In this document: positions 54,601 to 64,000 of the stretch, one piece after another
Layout of the letters: each line of letters opens with the position of its first letter
Numbering within the stretch: the stretch's first letter is position 1
NCBI GenBank assembly: GCA_030704615.1
Contig: CM060731.1
Span: 29,326,001-29,390,000, forward strand
Source: Takakia lepidozioides
Taxonomy: Eukaryota; Plantae; Bryophyta
Length of the DNA: 64,000 bases
Direction of reading: 5' to 3'
Notes under the pieces: generated by a model
Told to the model about the DNA's origin: nothing
Seen by the model: only the letters and a program-made list of their open reading frames with translations
Databases searched by the model: none
Made by a program: the position numbers and the translations under genes

Positions 54601-57000
54601 CAACTTCTCTTCCCGGGAACACCCTTTTTAGGTGCTCCAGGTGCTCTTTCTTTGTTTTCGAGTACCCCAGGATGTCGTCGATGTACACGATCACAAAGTC
54701 ATCCAACCACTCCTGGAAAAGGTTGTTCATTAGCGTGCTAAAGGTCGTGGATGTGTTGGTGAGCCCAAAATGCATCACCAAAAAGATATGATGCACGATC
54801 ACACGATCATATTAACCATATCTTGTCGTGCACGCGGTCTTTTCCTCATCTCTTTCCGCCACTCGGATTTGATGGTAACCTGAGCACAAATCGATCCGGC
54901 TGAAATACTTTGCTCCTGCCAACCGATCGAAGAGGTCGTCGATCCTTGGAAAAGGGTACCGATTTTTTATAGTCACCTTATTCAGAGCCCTGTAATCGAC
55001 ACACATCCGCATCGTCCCATCTTTTTTGTCTGCGAATAGCACCGGGGTTCCGTAAGGTGACTTACTCGGCCGGATGTACCCCTTTGATATTAGATCGTTG
55101 AGTTGGGCATTCAGCTCGACCAACTCTCTGTGGCTCAACCGGTACGACACGTTGGCAGGCGGCTCCGATCCCAGTATCACCTCTATTTTGTGGTCAACTC
55201 CTCTTTGCAGTGGCAAGCCGCTTGGTAAATCCTCCGGCATCACATCCTGGTATTTCTCCAGGATCCCCTTGATCCAATTTGGGCTAGGCTCCCTATCGAC
55301 TTCTTCTTCCACTTGTCTTACGTAAAGCAAAAACTGGGGCTCGTGTGGCTCCTCCACTGCCTACTCATTTGCTGTCAACATGTTTAATCGCGAGTCCCAC
55401 TCGGTTGGGCGTTTCCGATACCTGTAAAACTTCGCCACCATTCCCACACGGTAGCGTGATTATTCTCTTGCGGCCATCTATGACCGCTCCGGATTTGCTC
55501 AAAAATGTCATCCCCAAAATGAGATCCACTCCATCGATATCGCAAATGGTGAAGTTTTCACGTCCCTCCCAACCCCCGAGATGAAGAGGAACATTGAACA
55601 CCAACCTCGTCGCCAGTTGTGGTTAACTTTTGGCATAACGCACTTCAATAGAGGCCCCCACATCAAGACGGAAGCCCCAGCTTCCTGCCGTTTGACGGGG
55701 TAGGTGGTGTTGTCTATGAAGCGAGTGTACCAACAACGACACGTTAGTTCTGGAAATTATCCCACTTACGAACATTAACTGACTCCCTTTACGCAAGGGG
55801 CCAGTCTCCTGATACAACTCACAAGCGTAGTTGTCTACCTTGCAAGTCTTGGCGACTACTGCCTCTACCAAGCGACTGATGGAATCTTCAGACAGCTCCG
55901 TGGTCGCCTGATCATGTTCAATTGTCGGGGTTTCGCGCACTTCTTGGCCATGTGCCCAGACTCCCCGCAATTAAAGCACACTCCATCGAAGGTCACCTTC
56001 TGTCCGCCATAAGCCGCCGCACCTAATTTTCCTTTCGAAGCACCGAGTGCCGCTTTGATGTGTGAATGCCCTCCCTTCGATTTCCATGTGTCATTGTTGC
56101 CACGTGGCCTATCCTACTTTTTTTCTGGTCGGAAGGAGTCACCCTCGGCTCGCCGGGCCTTCTTGTGGTTCAGCTCCGTACGGCCTTGTCTTTCGCCCCT
56201 AGGAACATCCGAGAAACATTCAGCCCTTTCAATTGCCACATTCAAAGTCTTAGGTGGCTTCTCCTCCAACTTCCGCCTGGCCCATGGGGCCAGTCCCGCC
56301 ACAAAGTTGAAGACCATTTCTGGTCCGCCATATCGGCGACTTCGAGCAACAACACATTGAAAGCCTGAACATATCCCCGAATGTCATCTGTTTGCTTCAA
56401 ATTCCTCATTTTGTCTCGGGCGAGCCATGATGCGTTGAGGGGCACAAATTGTCTTTTCATAAGTTCCTTGAACCCACTCCAGCTCAAGGTTTCTGGGTTT
56501 AGACCTTGGTCATGAAGGCGTTTCTGCCACCATTGTTGAGCATAGCCCCTCAAATAGGTGGGAGCCACTTCCACCTGATCCTCGTCACTCAACTTGGTCG
56601 CCCGGAAGTACTGCTCCAGCTCCAAAAACCAGGTGTTGAGTGCCTTCCGATTTCGAATGTCCTCGAAGGTGCCGGGTTCCTTAGGCTTCACCTTAAACTT
56701 TGCCTTAGTGGAAGTGACATTAGCCGCCCTTATCACGTCTTTCAACGTCCCGCCAAACTGCGCCAACAACCCTTCCCAAAAGGCTACTGGCATGGGAGGC
56801 ATCTGTTGGTCTGTCGAAGCCTCCGGGAAGTCCTTGGGCTCCGACTCTGCAGATTCCTCCCGTTCTTGAACGGCCTCGCTTTCAGAAGCATAAATCGCCT
56901 TTTTCAATTGCCGCTTCGGTGACACGTCGCCCCCACCGGGCTCACCAGGATCATCATCTTTCGGGTCGTTCCGTTTTCGCTTTGTCTTGCCCGACCCCAT
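51655..57000 (-). pseudogene. gag-pol of the outer chromovirus (Gag, CCHC knuckle, PR, RT, RNase H, integrase, chromodomain), frameshifted
   Basis: KPKEPGTFE..WFLELEQYF; CFNCGESGHMAKKC; [19 protein letters not shown]; VYIDDIL; HTDASDFAIG; ECHDGPLAGH..CTTCQ; VSDRNPKF; EYEVETVLKSR..EYLVKWKGY (chromodomain, ~51700-51840). Confidence 0.92.
52572..53424. mobile_element. Non-autonomous CACTA element (853 bp) inserted in the chromovirus integrase
   Basis: TIR CACTACAACAGATCGCGGTA / CACTACAACATATCGCGGTA; 3-bp TSD ACC; ATGACT subterminal repeats. Integrase reading resumes on both sides (MVVVD|..FSKMRHFIP). Confidence 0.95.
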
Positions 57001-57041
57001 GATGAGGCCGATCTCAAGGACGATCGCGTACTGAACTCTAA

Positions 57042-57053
57042 GCTCTGATACCA
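57042..57053 (-). promoter_or_regulatory. Primer-binding site for tRNA-iMet
   Basis: TGGTATCAGAGC on the minus strand, 2 nt from the 5' LTR. Confidence 0.95.
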
Positions 57054-57055
57054 AG

Positions 57056-57781
57056 TGTCGCGCACCTCACCTCGGTAAGCTCCCGTTCATGTCATAGATA
57101 TTCGCTTTGATATGCGCGCCTAACTCCCAAACTGGCCGCCGGGCCAACTCGAAGCTTCGGCTGCTCACCGGGACATAACGGTCCCCCTTTGCTCCTCCAC
57201 AAGACCCTCGCTCACTTTGGGCCTAGTGGAAATTCCCTTTGGTTGTTGACAGTCCGAAACAGCTCCCCATACCTTGGTCGCTTTCCAGCTCACAAGCTTA
57301 CTCACTAGTTTCTGGTCACCAACGGGCTTGCACTGTTCTCGGGGTTACTACTCCATATATATAGTTCTGTGACTGTCCGCGGGGGTTTCACAATCAACAC
57401 CGTCCTTTTTATGGCGAATCACCACGAAGACCCTTGACTCCCGGTGATGAGTCGCGGTGAGTCTTGGCCCACTCACCACGGCCCCAATGGACCGTGATGA
57501 GTCCCAAGACTCCCCACGACTCCCACCACAAGGTCTCCGCCCCATGGTGAGTCCTATGCCACCCCCACTAAGACCCACTAAGCTACCACCACCCCTCGTG
57601 GAACCACCCCCACCGCAACCCGGTGTGCGGGGCTCCACCTAGTGAGCGCCTCCGCCTCCTTGAGTGCCTTGGGCGCTCAAGGGTGCTTCAGCCCCCGTAC
57701 CTATTGTTGTCACTGCCCCCACCACAGGGGGAGCCCCTCTTGTGTCTCGACCCCCTGCCCTCAAGGCGAAGGGCCGCGACA
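57056..57781 (-). repeat. 5' LTR of the outer chromovirus
   Basis: Direct repeat of 38157-38880; adjacent to the PBS. Confidence 0.95.
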
Positions 57782-58314
57782 ACCAACCCCGATCTCACAC
57801 ATCCATGCTATAGTGATCGATGTTTAAGAGTTCATATTAAAGAATGGAACTCAAATTCTATTTTAATTCTATTTTAATTCTTTATGAATTAGCCATACAT
57901 ATTCATGGTACATTTTGAAGGAATATGTCTTAAAACAAAACTCACCATAAGGATTTAGTTTTTTAGTTTTTTAGTTTTTTAGTTTTTTAGTTTTTTAGTT
58001 TTTTTTTTTCTCCAGCCAAAAATAATTTTATCTCTAATTATTTTTCATTAAAAAATCAGAAGTTTGGCAAGAAGGAGATGGTAGCGTGACGGCTAGATGA
58101 TATGCATTATAATGATAGGGTCTGAGGTTTAATTCGTGGGAATCAAAGCACATCGAATGATTGGTTGCATATGCGACTAATTAATGTATTTTTTCATTTC
58201 CCAAAAAATTCTAAGTCCCAGATCCTCGCTCCGCTCCTTTGTTCCTGATATCCGTTCCCCCATGCTCCACTCCTTGTTCCCTGTCCATTGTCCTTGCTCC
58301 CCTATTCCTGGCCC

Positions 58315-58437
58315 CCTCCTCGCCCTGTGGAACACGGCTTGCTCCTGGATTCCAGGTCGCCGCTTCCCTCCTCGCCCTGTGGAACACGGCTTGCTCCTGG
58401 ATTCCAGGTCGCCGCTTCCCTCCTCGCCCTATGGAAC
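58315..58437 (+). repeat. 52-bp tandem repeat (~2.3 copies) in the foldback core
   Basis: CGCCCTGTGGAACACGGCTTGCTCCTGGATTCCAGGTCGCCGCTTCCCTCCT at 58321 and 58373, with a partial copy at 58425. Confidence 0.9.
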
Positions 58438-59867
58438 GTGGTTTGCTCCCTTTTACCCGGTCTTCACTCCCCTCTCTCCCCTCCCACTATGGGGGGGGGG
58501 GGGGGGGTGGTAACTTGTGAGCACAGTGTGTGCATGCTCACGTGAGCACGCTCACGCTCGCATAAGCACAACCCACGGTCATGGGAGTTTTATGTTTTCA
58601 ATCCTCGGTCACATGAGTTATATGTTTAGAATAAACCATAAGCGGGTGTAGAGGACTGGTGCATTTGTATAGTACATTTGCGCCAATTTAGCAAGGCGAA
58701 ACCTGTAGCCAAAAACTCTAAACCTCAAGTGGCGGAAGTGAATTTCACATTGTGAAATACTTGCTGATATGGCCACAAACTAAGCAGTGGTGAATTTCAC
58801 ACTGAGAAATACTTGGTGATATGGGCACAAACTAGGCAGTGGTGAATTTCGCACATAGGAATACTTGGTGATTTGGGCACAAACTAAGCAAGTGGTGGGT
58901 TTTGCATTGAGAAATCCCATCACCCAAAAATCTACATCCAAAAGGAATGGGTGGGGGCTTGAAAAGTAACCTATTCATCATTTTAGCCACAATGTGATTG
59001 CTTCTCAGGCGTAATTTCGCGAAAGTATCCATGTGAGATTTTTATTTATTTATTTATTTTAAAAGCAAGGGAAAGGACCTTAAAGTTGAGGTGAAGCCTC
59101 ACCGCCCACTCTCCCGCCTCTTATGGAGAAAAAGCCACGCCTATAGGGTAAACATGTTCATCGGGTATAGGGGCTACTTGCTCTTTATGTGTTAGTTTTG
59201 CATAATTGTTAATTTCGTCAATTTCATTTCGTTGTGGAAATTTCCCGGGAATTCGAATATGCCCTTGTGCTCACGTGAGCATGCTCACTCCCTACCCAAC
59301 ATCCACTATGGGGAGCAATAATGGGAGAATGTTTGGGAACATGGTCCTGAAGATGGGGAGCATGAGGAGGGAACAATAGGTGTGGAGCGCTCCCCACATT
59401 TCTAATGCGGGATGAGATTTGATTGACAGTATGCTGGAGCCTGCAATGCCCCCACCAGCACAAACGCTTGCCTTGAACTGGTTGGGTAAGCGTAGTATTT
59501 GCCATAAGAACATTTCAATTTATTAATATTTTACGATAGTACATGTAAAATATCATTATGGTAATAGCTAATGAAATGTCAAAATTCTTAATATTGAATT
59601 TTTATAGCTGTATATATTTTTGAATCGTCAAAAATATAGATATATTAATATATTATGATTACACATCAATAAATTCAAACAAATTTATATTGAAAATAAA
59701 TTGGATATCAACATCGTCAATACAGCCAAAATCTTAATGTAAAAAGGTAAAACAATGCATAAAATGGAAAATCTTAGGAGCAGGGCATATTGAATCTTCC
59801 CAACCCTCTCTTGAGAGTGACATGGGCTGAAGGAAGTGACAGTGGGTTACATAGAGGGAGTATAAAC

Positions 59868-60733
59868 CAGTGTTGGGCGGTTAACCAGACTGACCCCGAT
59901 TGATTAATCGACGGATCAGGTTCCGGTTATTAACAACCGATCCAGAACCATTTGGGAGTACCGAACCGGCCCTGGATTTTGGTTTTGATGGAACCGGAAT
60001 CGCTGGTTCCTAGTGGGGTCACGAACCGCCACTAACGGAACGGGGAGCAGGCAGACGGGTAGGTTCCGGTTCCTGGAGTTATGTGTAACTCCCTACTCCC
60101 TAATGCGGGCCCGCCAGCCACATCAAGTCGGCTCTGCTGCTGGTTGGGTATGTGTGCATTGCCTGGGTGATCCTAGGTTCAATCCTTCAACATGTGCCTT
60201 CAGCTATCCATTGTCCATAGGCCCTTTGGGCTGTGTGTATGCTCTGTAAATTCACTGGACATTATATATATATATATTTGTGAACATAAACTTTATTTTT
60301 ATCTTTACTTCATATTTTCTACCTCATATTTTATTCTCTATCCTTCCCTCTCGCTTCACTCTCTTGATTTTGTTTTATTTTTTGTTTTAAACCTTGTGCT
60401 GCAGCGAGCGAGCGGGAGCAGTTGCAGTAAAGAGGAAGGAGTAGGGATTCCGCCATCTGCCACAGCAAATGTCTATTTGTAGGAAAACATAAAATTGGGT
60501 TTTAATTATTTTGAATACTTAATTATGTAACCGGACCCTTAACCGGAACCGGCAACTTTTTCCAGCAAATAACCAGAATTGGAACGGTCCTAATGTTCAA
60601 GAACCGGAAGGGAACCAGAACTGCTTTTTTTCCATCCCAAATAACCGCCCCGCAACCGGAACCGCAATTTAAACCCTACCCTATAACCGGAAAACGTGAG
60701 GTTTTTGAGAAAAGGAAGAACCGCCCAACACTG
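59868..60733. mobile_element. hAT-type MITE
   Basis: 15-bp perfect TIR CAGTGTTGGGCGGTT; 8-bp TSD GTATAAAC; GAACCG subterminal repeats. Confidence 0.95.
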
Positions 60734-63459
60734 GTATAAACTCCTATGGGGTTTACACGGTGGAGAGTGTAACTCCACTTGGGGTTACACTTGATACAAG
60801 GAGGGAAGTGTAACTCCAACGATGTAACTCACACTTGGTCTCAAAATTTGATTCGATCCAAATTTGGCTAAGTTAAAACTGGACTAGAAAGGTCTGACAA
60901 TCTCTTGCATTCTAAGTATTTGATAGTAGTGAATCCGAGATAAGACAAGGTGGGGAAGATTTGATAGGGGACATGCCAAAGTAGCCCACGCTACCCAAAT
61001 CTGGCTAAAGTACCATCGAATCATATGCCTACGTTATATTTCTACATTGTTCTTAATTTTTTTTGCCTAAAATATATTTTCAATCAAAAGGGACATTGTT
61101 CTAAGCAGTCGTCACTAGTAGTACAGAGCAAACGTAACCCTAATTGAGTATTTTAGAATGCAGATGATTGTTGTGCATCGACAAGTAGTCTGTTGGTAAA
61201 ATGATGACAACAGTTGGTATGAGGTGCATGGTACGGTTTTTGATGGACATTTGTATCACTCCAGTTTATGTGGTTTGTGTTACCCAGGTGTTTGGTGCAA
61301 CAGTTTCTTTTTATTACCATACTGAACTTTCGATCTAGTAAATTTTCATGACACCTAAGTGGGAGTTACCTCAATGGGAGCGGCAGACCCGAGTCCGTTC
61401 CGGTCACTCCTCGCGTGTCACCATGTTCCAACTCCAATGCCACTCCAATCTGCCACTATTGATATGGGGAAGATTTGACATGCTGTCAGATATCGTACCA
61501 GTGTACTTCTACCGTTACATTTTTTTGTTCGAACACTCTCTGCATCCGACTTCATTCATCGGAGTTACGGTTGGATGAGAAAACAAAGCAACATAAAACG
61601 GGTTGCTGCGTCATTTAAGGGTTAACATCACTAATACAGACAAGGAGGATCTGAGCCATTAAAATTTATGTCACACCACATTCCCCAATCTCCTTTAATT
61701 AGGAGTAGAAGAGCTCAACGTGTGAGTCAAAGCAACTCAATCTAAAAGCATCTTTGAAGTGGAAGTGCCTTGTGAAATTATAATATTAGAGGTGTGAGTG
61801 AAGTATGTCTCTAGTCTCTATCAGGGTAAATAGGAATAAGATAAGATAAAGTTTCTTTAACGTCCAGTGAATTTACAGTGAATCAGAGGATTATTTATCC
61901 TCCGGGTAAGGGTAAATTATTTATATGTCCGTTTATTTATCCTACGAGAAAAGGGTTAAGGCCAATATTTTTGATTGGGTAAGGATAAATGATTTACCCT
62001 TTTTATACCCGCCAGGTAAATAAAGGATATATTGAAGGATATATAGTTTTTTGCTCAACTCAAAAAATATAACTAATTAATTTAAGGTAATCAAATTTTG
62101 GTCTATTTTTTAGTTTAGTATGAGCCTGGCTGATAAGTTGTATCATATATTGTGAATAATATGAGGGATGATCATGTGCGTGTTTGTGTTTCGTCACACC
62201 AAAGATAATAATCAAACAAAGCTAGATGGCTTACCAAAGCTCAACCTCTCACAAGCACACATTGGCCTCCACCTCTCCCAACTAACCTCATCTAGCTATC
62301 ATAGTAAGACAGGCCAAATTAAATATGACATCCTCCAGCTCCTTGTTCATCTTCATCTAAATTGTCACTGACACGTTTCATCAAGTAAAAATGATCGCTG
62401 CAACACAAGGAGAATCCATGGCCCTACATGGATGTAGATGGAAAGGCACCCATTTTAGTCCCCCAAATTGATTCAGCCAGTTCCAAATCTGGTAGATTAC
62501 ATGCTCATGGTGGTAGGTATTTCTATCCATAAGATCGCTCCTCCGTCAGCAGACAAATCATTGATTTGCACTACAAAAGACTGTTCTTATTGGCTGGTAA
62601 GCTGCAATACTCAGCTCTTCCCATGATTTACTCATGCAAGCAAGCCAAATTGATAGACACAACCTTACAGACTCATCGCCGCATCCTTGTGGTCAATTAT
62701 TAGAATGTGTTAAGGATGCATTTCAACAAACTATGTACTCGTCCCTGACACATACGAGCCAAGTAAACTATGTCTCCAATTCGAGAGGCAATCCAAGATA
62801 AAAAGGTGTGACACTTGCATTTTCAATGGAAGTTAGCTAGGGTGGTCTTTAAGCACTTCAATGCACAACCATTTGTGGTGGAGATGATAGAAACCAGGCT
62901 TTAGTCCTGCAGAAGACTAAGGCCTCATAAATGTCCTCCCCACCAAGAACAAGCTTCTTTGTGAGCTGGTGCAGGGCAGTCTTCTTCCAATGTTCAGTTT
63001 GCTTCCATGGAGGAATCCTGTCCTGGAAATTGACACAGCCATCAAAGCTGACATCATGAAACGGGTATGAACTGGACTGATATGTGACGAGCATCTCGTG
63101 AAATGTTGCACACTAGTCCCAGTGTTTACTTTAAAGGTCGATTGCCAGGAAGATTTAGTATTGCAGTCCTTCACTCAACTTCTCGTATTTTTGTGTCAAA
63201 ATGTGTCCCAGCATCATCTTGAGAGTTCATGTTGACCCTCCCTCAGCTGGCCCCAACCATCCACAAAATAAGAAAACAGAAAACAATAGTCACTTAGCCA
63301 TGTCACTGCATAAAACATAGCCAGACAAAGGGTCATTTGCACTATACTCTACACGCTTGCACATGGAAAACCGACTCTGGTTTACTCTCTAGGTCCCTAT
63401 GTATCTAGTATGAACTTTGTCAGTGTTTAGTAAAGATGGGACACACCTCCTTCCCATAC

Positions 63460-63642
63460 TCATGCGGAAATGAGGCCAATGTACGCTGCAAGAATGGCCA
63501 AAATGTAGGCAACAACATATGCGGCAGCAATGATATATGGCTCTCTTACGCCAAGCAGCTCTAAGTGATGGTGAAAAGGTGCCATAAGCAGCCATCGCCG
63601 GCCTTTCCCTTCGAGTCTTTTTGTCAATTTGAAGTACAACAC
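63460..63642 (-). CDS. MraY: Last exon of plastid phospho-N-acetylmuramoyl-pentapeptide transferase (MraY); gene continues off the right edge
   Basis: cag|[60 protein letters not shown], with the MAPxHHHxEL signature and a plant-type C-terminus. Confidence 0.88.
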   Translation of the reverse strand: MLYFKLTKRLEGKGRRWLLMAPFHHHLELLGVREPYIIAAAYVVAYILAILAAYIGLISA

Positions 63643-64000
63643 CTGTCTCAATCAGGCCACTCGCCACACATAAAATTGCATGGAAGTACAAGCACCACGA
63701 GTTAATAAAAATGCTGCACAGAAATATCTCAGCTTCTTTCCAGATCTTCCAGCAATGTAACCAAGACGAACGATGCCTGCTCTTTGTAAGCATAGGTGAC
63801 GCTTATGTGTTTTCTTCTGAAAGAACTTCCACCCTCAGCAAAGCGACTGAAAGTTCTATGCAAAGATGCTGAACTGCCCCATGATTGATGTTACCCTTGT
63901 CACTCAAGCGTAAGCAAATCGAACTCTTTCACTTAGAATATTTCAGTAGGAAATGATTTTGGAGCAGAAGACCCTTTCCTTGTATCAATGTTCTTGGTAT

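Larger units (their letters stand above)
38157..57781 (-). mobile_element. Ty3/gypsy chromovirus LTR retrotransposon (outer element), degenerate
   Basis: TG..CA LTRs at 38157-38880 and 57056-57781; 5-bp TSD ACCAA (38152-38156, 57782-57786); tRNA-iMet PBS; PPT GGTAGGGGAGTG next to the left LTR; gag-PR-RT-RH-IN-chromodomain. Confidence 0.96.
37358..59300. mobile_element. Long-TIR foldback (Mutator-like?) non-autonomous element; ~800-bp arms at 37358-38156 and ~58505-59300, disrupted by the nested retroelements
   Basis: The arms are diverged reverse complements along their length (GTTGGGTAG.GAGTGAGCATGCTCACGTGAG...), and each carries 3 x 52-bp subrepeats. The native core is ~57787-58505. No TSD is recognisable, so the superfamily is uncertain. 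Confidence 0.8.

Noticed and set aside
57954-58000. (TTTTTTAG)n as an interstitial telomere
   Set aside because: It lacks the GGG of TTTAGGG-type repeats; it is a simple microsatellite.

Overview
Eukaryotic land-plant genomic DNA, probably a non-seed plant such as a bryophyte (inferred from gene content, not proven). Five host genes are supported: the 5' end of PI4K-alpha (-), a small LysM protein (+), a 17-exon mitochondrial intermediate peptidase (+), a 4-exon SAH hydrolase (-) and the last exon of a plastid MraY (-). They are interspersed with CACTA, LINE, hAT and Tc1/pogo-type remnants. Positions 37358-59300 form a nest: a long-TIR foldback element holds a Ty3/gypsy chromovirus (38157-57781, TSD ACCAA), which holds a CACTA mini-element and a second retroelement (39577-51487, TSD CATA). 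That inner element is the most unusual object in the window. It encodes Gag-PR-RT-RNaseH-DDE integrase with a DNMT3-like cytosine methyltransferase between PR and RT and a C-terminal PHD finger. It has split direct repeats (B...A-B-A) instead of ordinary LTRs, a self-complementary non-tRNA primer-binding site, and captured LUC7 and GIY-YIG host fragments. The repeat arrangement is what integration of a 2-LTR circle through an internal att site would produce; that mechanism is inference.
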